Below, piece after piece: positions 9,425 through 17,875 of a stretch of DNA of 64,000 nt (positions are counted from its first letter, which is position 1; each line of letters starts with the position of its first letter). This DNA is from an uncultured Gammaproteobacteria bacterium (GTDB lineage: Bacteria > Pseudomonadota > Gammaproteobacteria > JACCXJ01): assembly GCA_963764725.1 (NCBI GenBank), contig CAVXTM010000001.1:64001-128000 (forward strand), read 5' to 3'. A program made the translations under genes and the position numbers. Below the pieces are notes generated by a model. It saw only the letters and a program-made list of their open reading frames with translations. It was not told the DNA's origin and ran no database searches.

Positions 9425-9557
9425 GCGAGCGAAGGCCACTACCGGGTCCTGCAATGTGCGTACGGGAGCGTTCAACGGGCTGCGAGAGGCGTACTCAAGA
9501 TCGAGGTGCCGAAGGCCGAGGCGGCGAGAGAGAACCATCGACATCAAGGTTCGCTGA
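9425..9557 (+). pseudogene. Hsp20 C-terminal relic
   Basis: Frameshifted blocks EGHYRVLQCAYGSVQR, GVLKIEVPKAEAA, RTIDIKVR*. Confidence 0.7.
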
Positions 9558-9666
9558 GCCGAGGACCGGGTTTTTGAGCAGGCGCAAGGACGTTGCGCCG
9601 ACACCCGAAAGACTGTAGGATTTTCAATGGCTCGCCGGGTTCGTTCCGGCAGACGAGGAGAAGACG

Positions 9667-9859
9667 ATGTCCGAAGATGACCTATCGGGCTCCCGCTATC
9701 ACATGGGCTGGCGTTTCTACCTGGCCGGGCTGTTGCTCCTCTACATCGTCGTCGCGGCGCTGGCTCGCGCTCCTCATCCCGATCCCGGTCGTGATCTTCG
9801 GTCTGTACTGGGACAAGAACTATCCCCTGCCAACGCGGGTAGGGACCGTTAGGCGCTGA
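9667..9859 (+). pseudogene. Internally deleted paralog of the 17232-17792 membrane protein
   Basis: Same upstream leader and N-terminus joined directly to YHMGWRFYLAG..., then frameshifted ...YWDKNYPLPTR. Confidence 0.85.
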
Positions 9860-9875
9860 ACCTCGGGAGGTCGTT

Positions 9876-10256
9876 ATGGTTGGATATTCAAGGCGGATCG
9901 CGTTTGCGCTCGCAGCTGCTCTGTCGGCGATCTCGAGCGGAGCCGCGGCAGACCCGAGCGCAGAAACGAACCCGCGCGGCGCAGTAGGTCCATACGGAGA
10001 GATCGGGTCGCCGCGGGGCACGGGCCCGAGCGTCGAGGAAGGGGAGCACCGCAGGCGGGGATCCCATTCGGGGATGGAGCAGCGCCAAGGGATAGGCATG
10101 CAGCAGGGCATGGACATGAACGAGGGCATGGGCATGCAACACGGGATGGACATGCAGCAGCAGGGCATGGGCATGCACCAGGGGATGGACATGCAGAAGG
10201 GGATGGGACATCACGGTGGCATGGAGCCGGGTGGCGGCCGTGAGCGAAACCCATAA
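9876..10256 (+). CDS. Exported Met/Gly/Gln-rich low-complexity protein
   Basis: Signal peptide, GGAGG RBS, tandem GMDM/GMGM repeats. Confidence 0.7.
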   Translation: MVGYSRRIAFALAAALSAISSGAAADPSAETNPRGAVGPYGEIGSPRGTGPSVEEGEHRRRGSHSGMEQRQGIGMQQGMDMNEGMGMQHGMDMQQQGMGMHQGMDMQKGMGHHGGMEPGGGRERNP

Positions 10257-10571
10257 GGTCATTGATCTCCCAAACTTACCGATCCTGCTGCCGCCTGCAA
10301 CAGCTCTGTCTACCACATGGTCGCGATCCCCATGAGATCGCCGCGAGCTCAAGCATGCGATTCGGGTTGCTATGGAAGAGATGAACGCATGAGAGCGCCT
10401 TCGTGATCCAGCGCTTCCTCGAGTGCTTCCGCGCGCAGGTTCTGAGTTTTCGTTCCTTCAATAAGTTCGGATGGTATATCGACCTGACGCTTTTGTGCTC
10501 CCTCTTCGATCTCTTCCAGGCGCAGGAAGGTTTCTTCAGCGGAACTAATCCATGAACAGATCAGGTTTTAG

Positions 10572-10637
10572 AGTGGCCGCTTCACCGATCATGGTGATGT
10601 CAGCCGTGCCGGCGAGAATCTGCTTCAGGCCCTCGCG
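10572..10637 (-). pseudogene. NarL-type response regulator receiver fragment
   Basis: REGLKQILAGTADITMIGEAAT. Confidence 0.55.
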
Positions 10638-10664
10638 CTAGGGTGCTCCTCGGCACTCGCCGCG

Positions 10665-11111
10665 TCAGCGGTAAACCATCACGGGAATCTTCGAGTGTGT
10701 CAGCACCTTGTTGGTCTCGCTCCCGAGAACCAAGGCAGATACGCCTTTGCGACCGTGGGATGCCATGAAGATAAGATCACAGCCTTCCTTTTCGGCGGTT
10801 TGTATGATGGCGGCGAAGGGATCGGGGCTATTAACATAGCGTGTCTCGACCGGTACGGATGCATTCTTCGCGGCGTCAGAAACGAATTGGAGAATTCGGT
10901 CTACTCTTTCTTTGAATTCCCGTTCAATCTTTTCTCCGATTTCCTTGCTGACTGCGCCGGATGCGACGTATACCTGCGTCAGGTCATTGTGACTGGCGGC
11001 ATGACACGCTATCACTCGGGCGCCAATCTGCTGGGCGAATTCAATTCCCTTGAGAACTGTTTTCCGAGAAAGCTCAGAATCATCAGTGGGCAGCAGAATG
11101 TTGTTGAACAT
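10665..11111 (-). CDS. Universal stress protein
   Basis: MFNNILLPTD.S, CDLIFMASHGRKG...LGSETNKVLTHS. Confidence 0.95.
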   Translation of the reverse strand: MFNNILLPTDDSELSRKTVLKGIEFAQQIGARVIACHAASHNDLTQVYVASGAVSKEIGEKIEREFKERVDRILQFVSDAAKNASVPVETRYVNSPDPFAAIIQTAEKEGCDLIFMASHGRKGVSALVLGSETNKVLTHSKIPVMVYR

Positions 11112-11208
11112 TCGATCTCCTCGTGGAAAGTGCAACTAAGCTCGTACAACATTTATAACATCATTGCAAACCACTCCGGTGGAGAAGCAACGAAAGGAGC
11201 TTCTGGGC

Positions 11209-13827
11209 TCACGCAGCGCGACCGACCAGCCCGGCGATATCCCGTAGAATCCGGGGCGTCTTGAGTATGTGCGGCAGCGCGACATACTTCGGGTGATATG
11301 CGGGATTGAGACTCTCGACGAACCGCCGGTAACTGTCGCCATCGGCGAAATACTCAGTGTGAGAAAAGAGCAGCGCTCCAAAATCGTTCCACAACGGCGT
11401 CAGCGTGTGTTGCTCGACATCGGCGAGCGGTAGGAGTCCGAGATTGATATGCCCATAACCAGGCTGCCCTCTTCTTCCCCCCCAGCTCCACCAATGACGT
11501 TCACGAGCGCGCCCGTTCAACATGAGTTCCAGTACCAGGAATTCCGCGATCCCCGGAGGCGCATCGTGACGATGGCGTATGAGATCCAGACGCACCTCTT
11601 CTTCATGAGCTCCGACCAAGAGTGTCGCGAACGCGAGGATGTGCTTGTCGTTGCGTACGACGGCGCACGGGAAATTGCTTACATAGGCAGGATCGAAAAA
11701 GCCGCGCGAGAATCCGTGCTCGGTGCGCCTCGTATGGGCCAGCCAATCGTCCGATACGGCCTTGAGCTCCGGTATGAGCCGCGATACATCCTTAGAATTC
11801 GCGATGGACAGACGGAGATGCTGCGCGCGCAGACGAGCATGGAGATCACGCAGTTCGGCGCGCTCTGCGCCGCGCAGGGTAAAGCGATCGAGAGCGATGC
11901 GGGCCTCCTCGCCCACTTTCAGCACCGAGAGACCGAGATCGACGTATACCGGTAAGTTTGCGGCATCGATCAAGTAGAAGACCGGATCCCCGCCATAGCT
12001 TGAGCACAGATCATAGAAGGCCCGTATGAGCCTTTCATGCTCCTGTCGGGTCCCGATCGGATCCCCTAGCGCCACCCAGCTCGTGCTCTTGACGCCATAC
12101 ATGATGAAGGCATGACCTGACTCGCTAAACAGGAACCGTTTGTCGCCGAGTAAGGCGAGATGTGCGCGCGGGTCCGGATCGTCTTCCGCGATGCGACGCG
12201 CCTGCGTGAGCGTCATCGCGTCAGGCAGGTCGGGCGGCGGGGTGCGACGGAGCAGCTTCACGACGGTGAGCCCGGCGGCCACGGCCAGGATCGCCATCGT
12301 GGTGCGCAAGAATCGGGGGAGTTCCGCGTCGTAGGCGAGGTGCCACCAGAATGCATGAGGCGTCGGTACATGTTTATACGAGAACATGCCAAGCCAAACC
12401 GTCACGGCCAGAATCGTCGTCAGCGTCGGCGCCCATTCAGCAGCAGAGCCGATGCTCGATTCCTGGCTTTGGAACTCGGGTCGCATGATCCAGAGCACGG
12501 CGAGGACCATGGCAAGGATCACAGCGCCTTCGATGTTCAGACCTTTCAATAAAAGCGCGGCGACCCCTATGGCCAACAACCAAATACTATACTTGTGCTC
12601 AGCGGCGAGCCGTCGCCTTAGGCCGCGAGCGAAGATGATGAGTCCCACGCCGGCACCGCCCGCGATCATGTGCGAGGCTTCGAGAACCGGTAACGGCACG
12701 AACGTCTCCATGAGGGCTAAGCGCTCAGGAGACGCCGGGACTGCGCAGGAAAAGAGGAGCACCACGCCGGCCAGAAAGACGATCGCGGCCATTACTTGCG
12801 GCCCGATGTCCCTGACCCATTCCATGGCCGTATCCCGTGCGCGCGAGATCTGTGCGTGCTGCAGGCTTAACTCGTAGGCCGCCAGTGCGATCGCTGCAAG
12901 GCCCAGGGGAACGAAGTAGTAGGTGCAGCGGAACATTAGGATGGCGCTGAGCAGCGATGCCGCCGGCACCTCGGGAAGACCGATCAGCATGACCGACTCA
13001 AAGACGCCGATGCCGCCGGGGACGTGGCTTATCACTCCGGCGGCCAAGGCGGCCGCAAACACTCCGAGATAAGCGAAAAAGTCCGTGTCCATATTCGTAG
13101 GCAGCAATACATAGATGACCGCACTCATCAGCATCAGATCTATGGCGCCGAGTAGCGTTTGGGCAGCGGCCGTTCTCGCGGAAGGTAATCTAAGCGACCA
13201 GAACGGCATCTGGATCGTCACGGGGCGAATCGCGGGGACCACGACGTAAGCGGCGATCGTACCTAACACGAGTACGCCCACGGCGAGCCGCAGCTCCTCC
13301 GGCATGGGCAGGGCCGACGCCGAGGCTGTCCCGAATAGCATCGCTAGCGCGGCGATGAATGCGACGCCCAAGGACGAGGTGAGCGAATACATCGTCGTCA
13401 CACTCGCGATGTCGAGTGCCGACAGTCCCGCCTGCGTGTAGATGCGGTAGCGGATCGCGCCGCCCGTGATTAGGACGAAGCCGAGATTGCTGCCGAAAGC
13501 GTCGGCGAGACAGCTCGCGAGAGCCACACGCCTATACGGGAGAGGGCGGCCAATATGATGCAAGGCCACCACATCGTAGCCGGTCGCGAGCAGGTAGCTG
13601 AGACCGGTGATGAGGAAGGCCAAAAGAACTGACCGCAGCGGTAGCGCCTGAAATTGCTCCACGACATTAGCGAGCTCGACCGTGCTGACCGTTCGATACG
13701 CAGCCCATAAGGCCAGGCTCACGATCGCGAGACTAAGAAATGGACGCGCCTGAACGAATAACCTCTTGAAAAGATTACCGAACAGGCCTGCGGTTGTAGA
13801 CCGGAGTTCGGTCGTAATTGCACTCAT
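11209..13827 (-). CDS. mprF: MprF aminoacyl-phosphatidylglycerol flippase/synthase
   Basis: GGAIRYRIY, HVPGGIGVFE, LALLGDKRFLFS, WVALGDPIG, KVGEEA; C-terminal motifs divergent. Confidence 0.9.
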   Translation of the reverse strand: MSAITTELRSTTAGLFGNLFKRLFVQARPFLSLAIVSLALWAAYRTVSTVELANVVEQFQALPLRSVLLAFLITGLSYLLATGYDVVALHHIGRPLPYRRVALASCLADAFGSNLGFVLITGGAIRYRIYTQAGLSALDIASVTTMYSLTSSLGVAFIAALAMLFGTASASALPMPEELRLAVGVLVLGTIAAYVVVPAIRPVTIQMPFWSLRLPSARTAAAQTLLGAIDLMLMSAVIYVLLPTNMDTDFFAYLGVFAAALAAGVISHVPGGIGVFESVMLIGLPEVPAASLLSAILMFRCTYYFVPLGLAAIALAAYELSLQHAQISRARDTAMEWVRDIGPQVMAAIVFLAGVVLLFSCAVPASPERLALMETFVPLPVLEASHMIAGGAGVGLIIFARGLRRRLAAEHKYSIWLLAIGVAALLLKGLNIEGAVILAMVLAVLWIMRPEFQSQESSIGSAAEWAPTLTTILAVTVWLGMFSYKHVPTPHAFWWHLAYDAELPRFLRTTMAILAVAAGLTVVKLLRRTPPPDLPDAMTLTQARRIAEDDPDPRAHLALLGDKRFLFSESGHAFIMYGVKSTSWVALGDPIGTRQEHERLIRAFYDLCSSYGGDPVFYLIDAANLPVYVDLGLSVLKVGEEARIALDRFTLRGAERAELRDLHARLRAQHLRLSIANSKDVSRLIPELKAVSDDWLAHTRRTEHGFSRGFFDPAYVSNFPCAVVRNDKHILAFATLLVGAHEEEVRLDLIRHRHDAPPGIAEFLVLELMLNGRARERHWWSWGGRRGQPGYGHINLGLLPLADVEQHTLTPLWNDFGALLFSHTEYFADGDSYRRFVESLNPAYHPKYVALPHILKTPRILRDIAGLVGRAA

Positions 13828-14198
13828 TTCCAAATCACCGGTCTGGCTGTGTGCCGTCCTCGACGCGTGGTATCGAGCGCAGCAAGAGTAGGGTACACAT
13901 CCGCAACAAAAATCAGCCGCATCCCACACCCATTTATCCAGCAAGCAGAGGACTTGACCACTTCGGATGTTTGACTCGGTACTTCTCCACGGCGGACTTT
14001 GCTACGTAAATACCGAGCAGCCGTGGTACTTACCGTATGCAGCTCCGCATCGGGTGTGCCCGGCGCATCAGACGATGCGCCAACGGCGCCTAAGCGGTCC
14101 GGCGGCTCGTGAGCCCTTCGCGTTCACTTAGCACAGGTCGATGACTCCCAACCTGTGATCCTACTCGTCTTGAACATCCACCACTGGACTGCGAGAGA

Positions 14199-16067
14199 TC
14201 ATTCCACAGAAAAATCGCGCATCATACCCATGTCTTCGTGTTCGAGGTTATGGCAGTGAACCATGAACAAGCCTTTGAAATCCTGATACGGCTTGATGAT
14301 CCGCACTCGTTCGCCAGGCATAACCAGTACGGTATCCTTCCAGCCGCTGGTAACGAAACCTTCTCGTACGGTGGCATAGTCGTCCGCTCGCTCCGCACCA
14401 TTGGTGCGGCTGAGGATCTGGAAATATTGACCGTGCAAATGGATCGGGTGAGCCATGGAAAGCATCATGCCCATGCCACCGCCCATTCCCATGCCTTGCA
14501 TGCCCATTCCTCCCATCGCGTGACTGCCTTCCTGCGGTTTGCGGCTCTCGCCGTGTTCTCCCGTTCCTTCCATGCGTCCCATCATTCCCATGCCTCGCAT
14601 GCCGCCACCCATCATTCCGTCCCGCATTCCGCCCATGGCCCGTTCATTACCCTCCTGCTGGTGTCCTCCGGAGTCATGACCGCCGGGTAACGATTCCGAT
14701 TGGGGGCCGTGTCCGCCGCCATGAGCATGAAAGATCTCCATCAGTTGCAAAGTATTGAATGGCATCCGTTCGCTGGGTTGCACGTCGTCATACGCGTAAG
14801 GCCGTCCGTTAAGCAACATCGCCATGGGGCCCTCGGAAATGCCGACCGGCACCGGCTTATTGGGGTTGGCGGTATCGTCGACTTGATACCGGGTGAACTT
14901 GGAGAGGCGCGTCGGAAGCTTGGGGCTGTCGCTGACTTCGCGGGTTACGCGGGCGGTAAAGATGGGGTAGTCGCTCCCCACGGCTAGCTTGCTTCCCGCC
15001 ATCATGCCGTCTCCCATCCCTCCGTGCATACCTCCCATGCCGCCACCCGTCATGCGCTCGGCCATATTCGGCAGCACGCCGGAGAAGGGACGGCTACGCA
15101 TGACCAGCTGTGAGCCAGCCGCACGCCCGGTGAAATCCGCCCAGACATCCAGCCGTTCACCAGGCGCTAACATGGCATAAGGTATGTTCTCCGGTTTCTC
15201 CAGCAATCCGCCCTCGACGCCGATGACGGTGACGGGCGTACCGTCATCCCAGGCCAGTTTGTAGATACGTGCGGTGGATCCATTCATTATGCGGAGGCGG
15301 TAGGCACGGCTGGCCACGTCGATGCGGAAGTCGGGCCTGCCGTTGACCAGGATGCGATCACCGTAAAAGCCGATCATTCGATCGTGCATGCTGCGAACAT
15401 ATATCAGTTGATTCTGCTCGTCGAACATCCGGTCCTGAATGACGATAGGAATTTCGTACTCACCCGAGGGCAATTCGAGTGCGCGCTCTTCGTCGTCATT
15501 GACCAGGATGGCGCCCACCAAACCGTAGTAGACCTGTCTGGCCGTTGCCTCATGGGGGTGTGGATGATAGATATTCATGCTCGCTCGGTTAAGCATTTCG
15601 AATTCGTAAACGAAAGTCTGGCCCGGAGTGATCGCATACATGGGATGCCCGTCCATCAGGGCTGGGACGTGCAAACCGTGCCAGTGGGTGATGGTGGGTT
15701 CGGTCAGTTCGTTACGCAGGTGGATCCGTATCTTCTGACCTTTCCGAAACCGCATAATGCGCCCCAGATACGATTCCGGCATAGTCGTCAGCGTGTTTTC
15801 CGGCCCTTTGATCAGCCCCGCGAAATACTGGTACACCCGGGTTGGCTGGCCGTTCAGTATGGACACTGAAGCGGGACGGCAGACGAGTTCGATTTCGACG
15901 TCCGGGTTAAAGGTGAGAGAAGCGGTGTTGGGCACGCTGTTCGGCATAGCTTGCATGCCCATGGCGTCCATGGTGCGTAACCAGCCGGGTAGCCCTGCGT
16001 ACGCTATCAAGCCGATGCTGGCCTGGGAAAGAAAACGACGGCGGGAACGGTTGACGAAATTTTGCAT
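14199..16067 (-). CDS. Tat-exported multicopper oxidase with long Met/His-rich loops
   Basis: SRRRFL Tat motif; HWHG, HPH, HPIHLHG, HCHNLEHEDMGM copper ligands. Confidence 0.95.
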   Translation of the reverse strand: MQNFVNRSRRRFLSQASIGLIAYAGLPGWLRTMDAMGMQAMPNSVPNTASLTFNPDVEIELVCRPASVSILNGQPTRVYQYFAGLIKGPENTLTTMPESYLGRIMRFRKGQKIRIHLRNELTEPTITHWHGLHVPALMDGHPMYAITPGQTFVYEFEMLNRASMNIYHPHPHEATARQVYYGLVGAILVNDDEERALELPSGEYEIPIVIQDRMFDEQNQLIYVRSMHDRMIGFYGDRILVNGRPDFRIDVASRAYRLRIMNGSTARIYKLAWDDGTPVTVIGVEGGLLEKPENIPYAMLAPGERLDVWADFTGRAAGSQLVMRSRPFSGVLPNMAERMTGGGMGGMHGGMGDGMMAGSKLAVGSDYPIFTARVTREVSDSPKLPTRLSKFTRYQVDDTANPNKPVPVGISEGPMAMLLNGRPYAYDDVQPSERMPFNTLQLMEIFHAHGGGHGPQSESLPGGHDSGGHQQEGNERAMGGMRDGMMGGGMRGMGMMGRMEGTGEHGESRKPQEGSHAMGGMGMQGMGMGGGMGMMLSMAHPIHLHGQYFQILSRTNGAERADDYATVREGFVTSGWKDTVLVMPGERVRIIKPYQDFKGLFMVHCHNLEHEDMGMMRDFSVE

Positions 16068-16169
16068 GAAACCTCCTCGAACGGAATCGCCTCTTATTGA
16101 TGATTGTCGTTACCCGGCTCTCCAAAGGCTCACGGTCGGTCTGACGGCTCTAATCTTTAGGTCATCGTT

Positions 16170-16562
16170 ATGAGGAACTCGCAAATCAATACCTGCGCCC
16201 CAAACAGTTGGCTTTCTGCGCTTGGCGCCGTATTTATTCGCCACTGCATGACATTAGCAAGATTACTATTCCTGAAAATTTCTGATAGCATTCTACTAAA
16301 ACCCGGGCCGCTAGATGCAGGGAGACCGAAAGCATGCGTACCCACGCGCGCAAGGGGCGGGATCATCGACGAAATGCTCGCGAGTTTCGATTTTGGCAGC
16401 ATAGAACACGTGGATATACTGCGCAACATTGCGGAGTTTCGCCATGAAGCGGTCAACGGGAAAGGTTATCCACGCGGACTTCAAGGACAGGACATCCCGC
16501 TAGAAGCGCGTATCGTGGCGGTTGCAGATGTGTTCGATGCTCTCACGAGTCGGCGTCCGTAG
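16170..16562 (+). pseudogene. HD-GYP phosphodiesterase relic
   Basis: YSPLHDISKI (other frame), ILLKPGPL, HE..NGKGYP.GL.G..IPLEARIVAVADVFDALTSRRP*. Confidence 0.85.
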
Positions 16563-16576
16563 TATTGTCACATCCT

Positions 16577-16617
16577 ATGACATAGATCAATTCATTCGGT
16601 GGTACAAGAGGTATCGT
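16577..16617 (+). promoter_or_regulatory. Class II FNR promoter
   Basis: ATGACATAGATCAA (16577-16590) and -10 TATCGT (16612-16617). Confidence 0.6.
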
Positions 16618-16772
16618 GTAGGTGGGATCCATGAGAGAAGCGTGGAAAGAAATAGCAGATAACCGCTCACTTTCTAGCGCAATTCATATTCTCGATAACA
16701 GAAGCGTTCCGATCGCTGAGATGAGTGATCGATCGCATTAGTTGTTCGCGAAAATCAAACTGGAGAAATAGT

Positions 16773-16901
16773 ATGAAAGCCATATTGAATACGATCGCAA
16801 TATTAGCCATGACGCTAGTCTTAGCAGCGTGTCAAGACAACCCGGCACCGACGGGTATGGGGCCAGGGAGCGATAAACCCGAAAGTTCCCAAACTCAGTA
16901 A
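16773..16901 (+). CDS. 42-aa small lipoprotein (not in ORF track)
   Basis: MKAILNTIAILAMTLVLAACQDNPAPTGMGPGSDKPESSQTQ; GGAG RBS; lipobox LAAC. Confidence 0.7.
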   Translation: MKAILNTIAILAMTLVLAACQDNPAPTGMGPGSDKPESSQTQ

Positions 16902-17126
16902 ACGAGCGGCTTGTTCCCGATTCACGCTCAGCATAACTGGCCGCTCGGCGTGACCAGTAAGAGAGCGTTTGTAATGTCAGTGCGGTGCCAAGCGATAGCG
17001 GTTTGCGTTGTCTTGGCCCGATAGAAAATGCGACGCTCTCTTACACTTTCGCGGCTGTTCGCCCTTCTTGACCGCAATCGCGGACCAAGGACCAGCGCGG
17101 TCGAGGAGCAGGAACAGACGTGGACA

Positions 17127-17183
17127 CGGGGTCTAGTGTTGACATACATATCAGTTTATTTTATGTAAAGACATGACCCCTTT
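17127..17183. repeat. REP-like palindrome, copy 2
   Basis: GGGGTCTAGTGTTGACATA...TATGTAAAGACATGACCCC inverted arms (15/19). Confidence 0.7.
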
Positions 17184-17231
17184 GGTTCGCCGGGTTAGTT
17201 CCGGCAGACGAGGAGAAGGCGATGTTTGAAG

Positions 17232-17792
17232 ATGACCCCATCGGGCTCCCGCGAGGGGGCCCCTTTTCCCAGATCAAGGTGGGCTGTCGAAGAGTTCGCT
17301 TTCCTCGGGCTCGTGGCGTTGTCGGTCATCGGGGAGGTCGTCGGGAACTACTCACCCATCATCAGCTTCTGGTACTGGTTGACCATGATGCCGGTGTTCG
17401 CCGCGACCGCCATCGTCACGGAGTGGTCGCGCGCCCGCGCCGCGGGGCAAAGCGCCATGAAGGTGATCTGGATCCAGGTCGCGCACTGGGGGGGCACGGT
17501 CATCGCGCTGTTCGCCACCTATTCGCTCTGGCATGTGGGCCGGCTCGGCAACGAGCACACGGGCCTGATCGTGCTGCTCCTCCTCGCGCTTACCACCTTC
17601 CTCGACGGCTACCACGTGGGCTGGCGTTTCTACTTAGCCGGGCTGCTGCTCTTCATCTACACCATCGTCGCGGCGTTGCTCAAGGCCGTGATCTGGCTCA
17701 CGCTCCTCATCGCGATCCCGGTCGTCGTCTTCGGCCTCTACTGGGACAAGAACCATCCCCTGCCGACGCGAGCGGGGACGACTGGCAGTTAG
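17232..17792 (+). CDS. Hypothetical multi-pass membrane protein
   Basis: Several TM segments, QVAHWGG; RBS-linked ATG 17222 is out of frame by one base relative to the paralog. Confidence 0.75.
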   Translation: MTPSGSREGAPFPRSRWAVEEFAFLGLVALSVIGEVVGNYSPIISFWYWLTMMPVFAATAIVTEWSRARAAGQSAMKVIWIQVAHWGGTVIALFATYSLWHVGRLGNEHTGLIVLLLLALTTFLDGYHVGWRFYLAGLLLFIYTIVAALLKAVIWLTLLIAIPVVVFGLYWDKNHPLPTRAGTTGS

Positions 17793-17875
17793 AGCTCCGG
17801 AGGTGTTGCGCCGGGTCTCGCCCGGGGATCGGCCGGATCTCAGTGTCGGGGAAGGTGAACTAGGGTGGGCTCCAG

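Noticed and set aside
9386-10352. Cys/Met/Pro-rich minus-strand ORFs resembling metallothioneins
   Set aside because: Antisense readings of the Met/Gly repeat gene at 9876-10256, which has the RBS and signal peptide
13960-14190. Hairpins upstream of mprF as a riboswitch
   Set aside because: Short stems only, with no recognisable aptamer consensus
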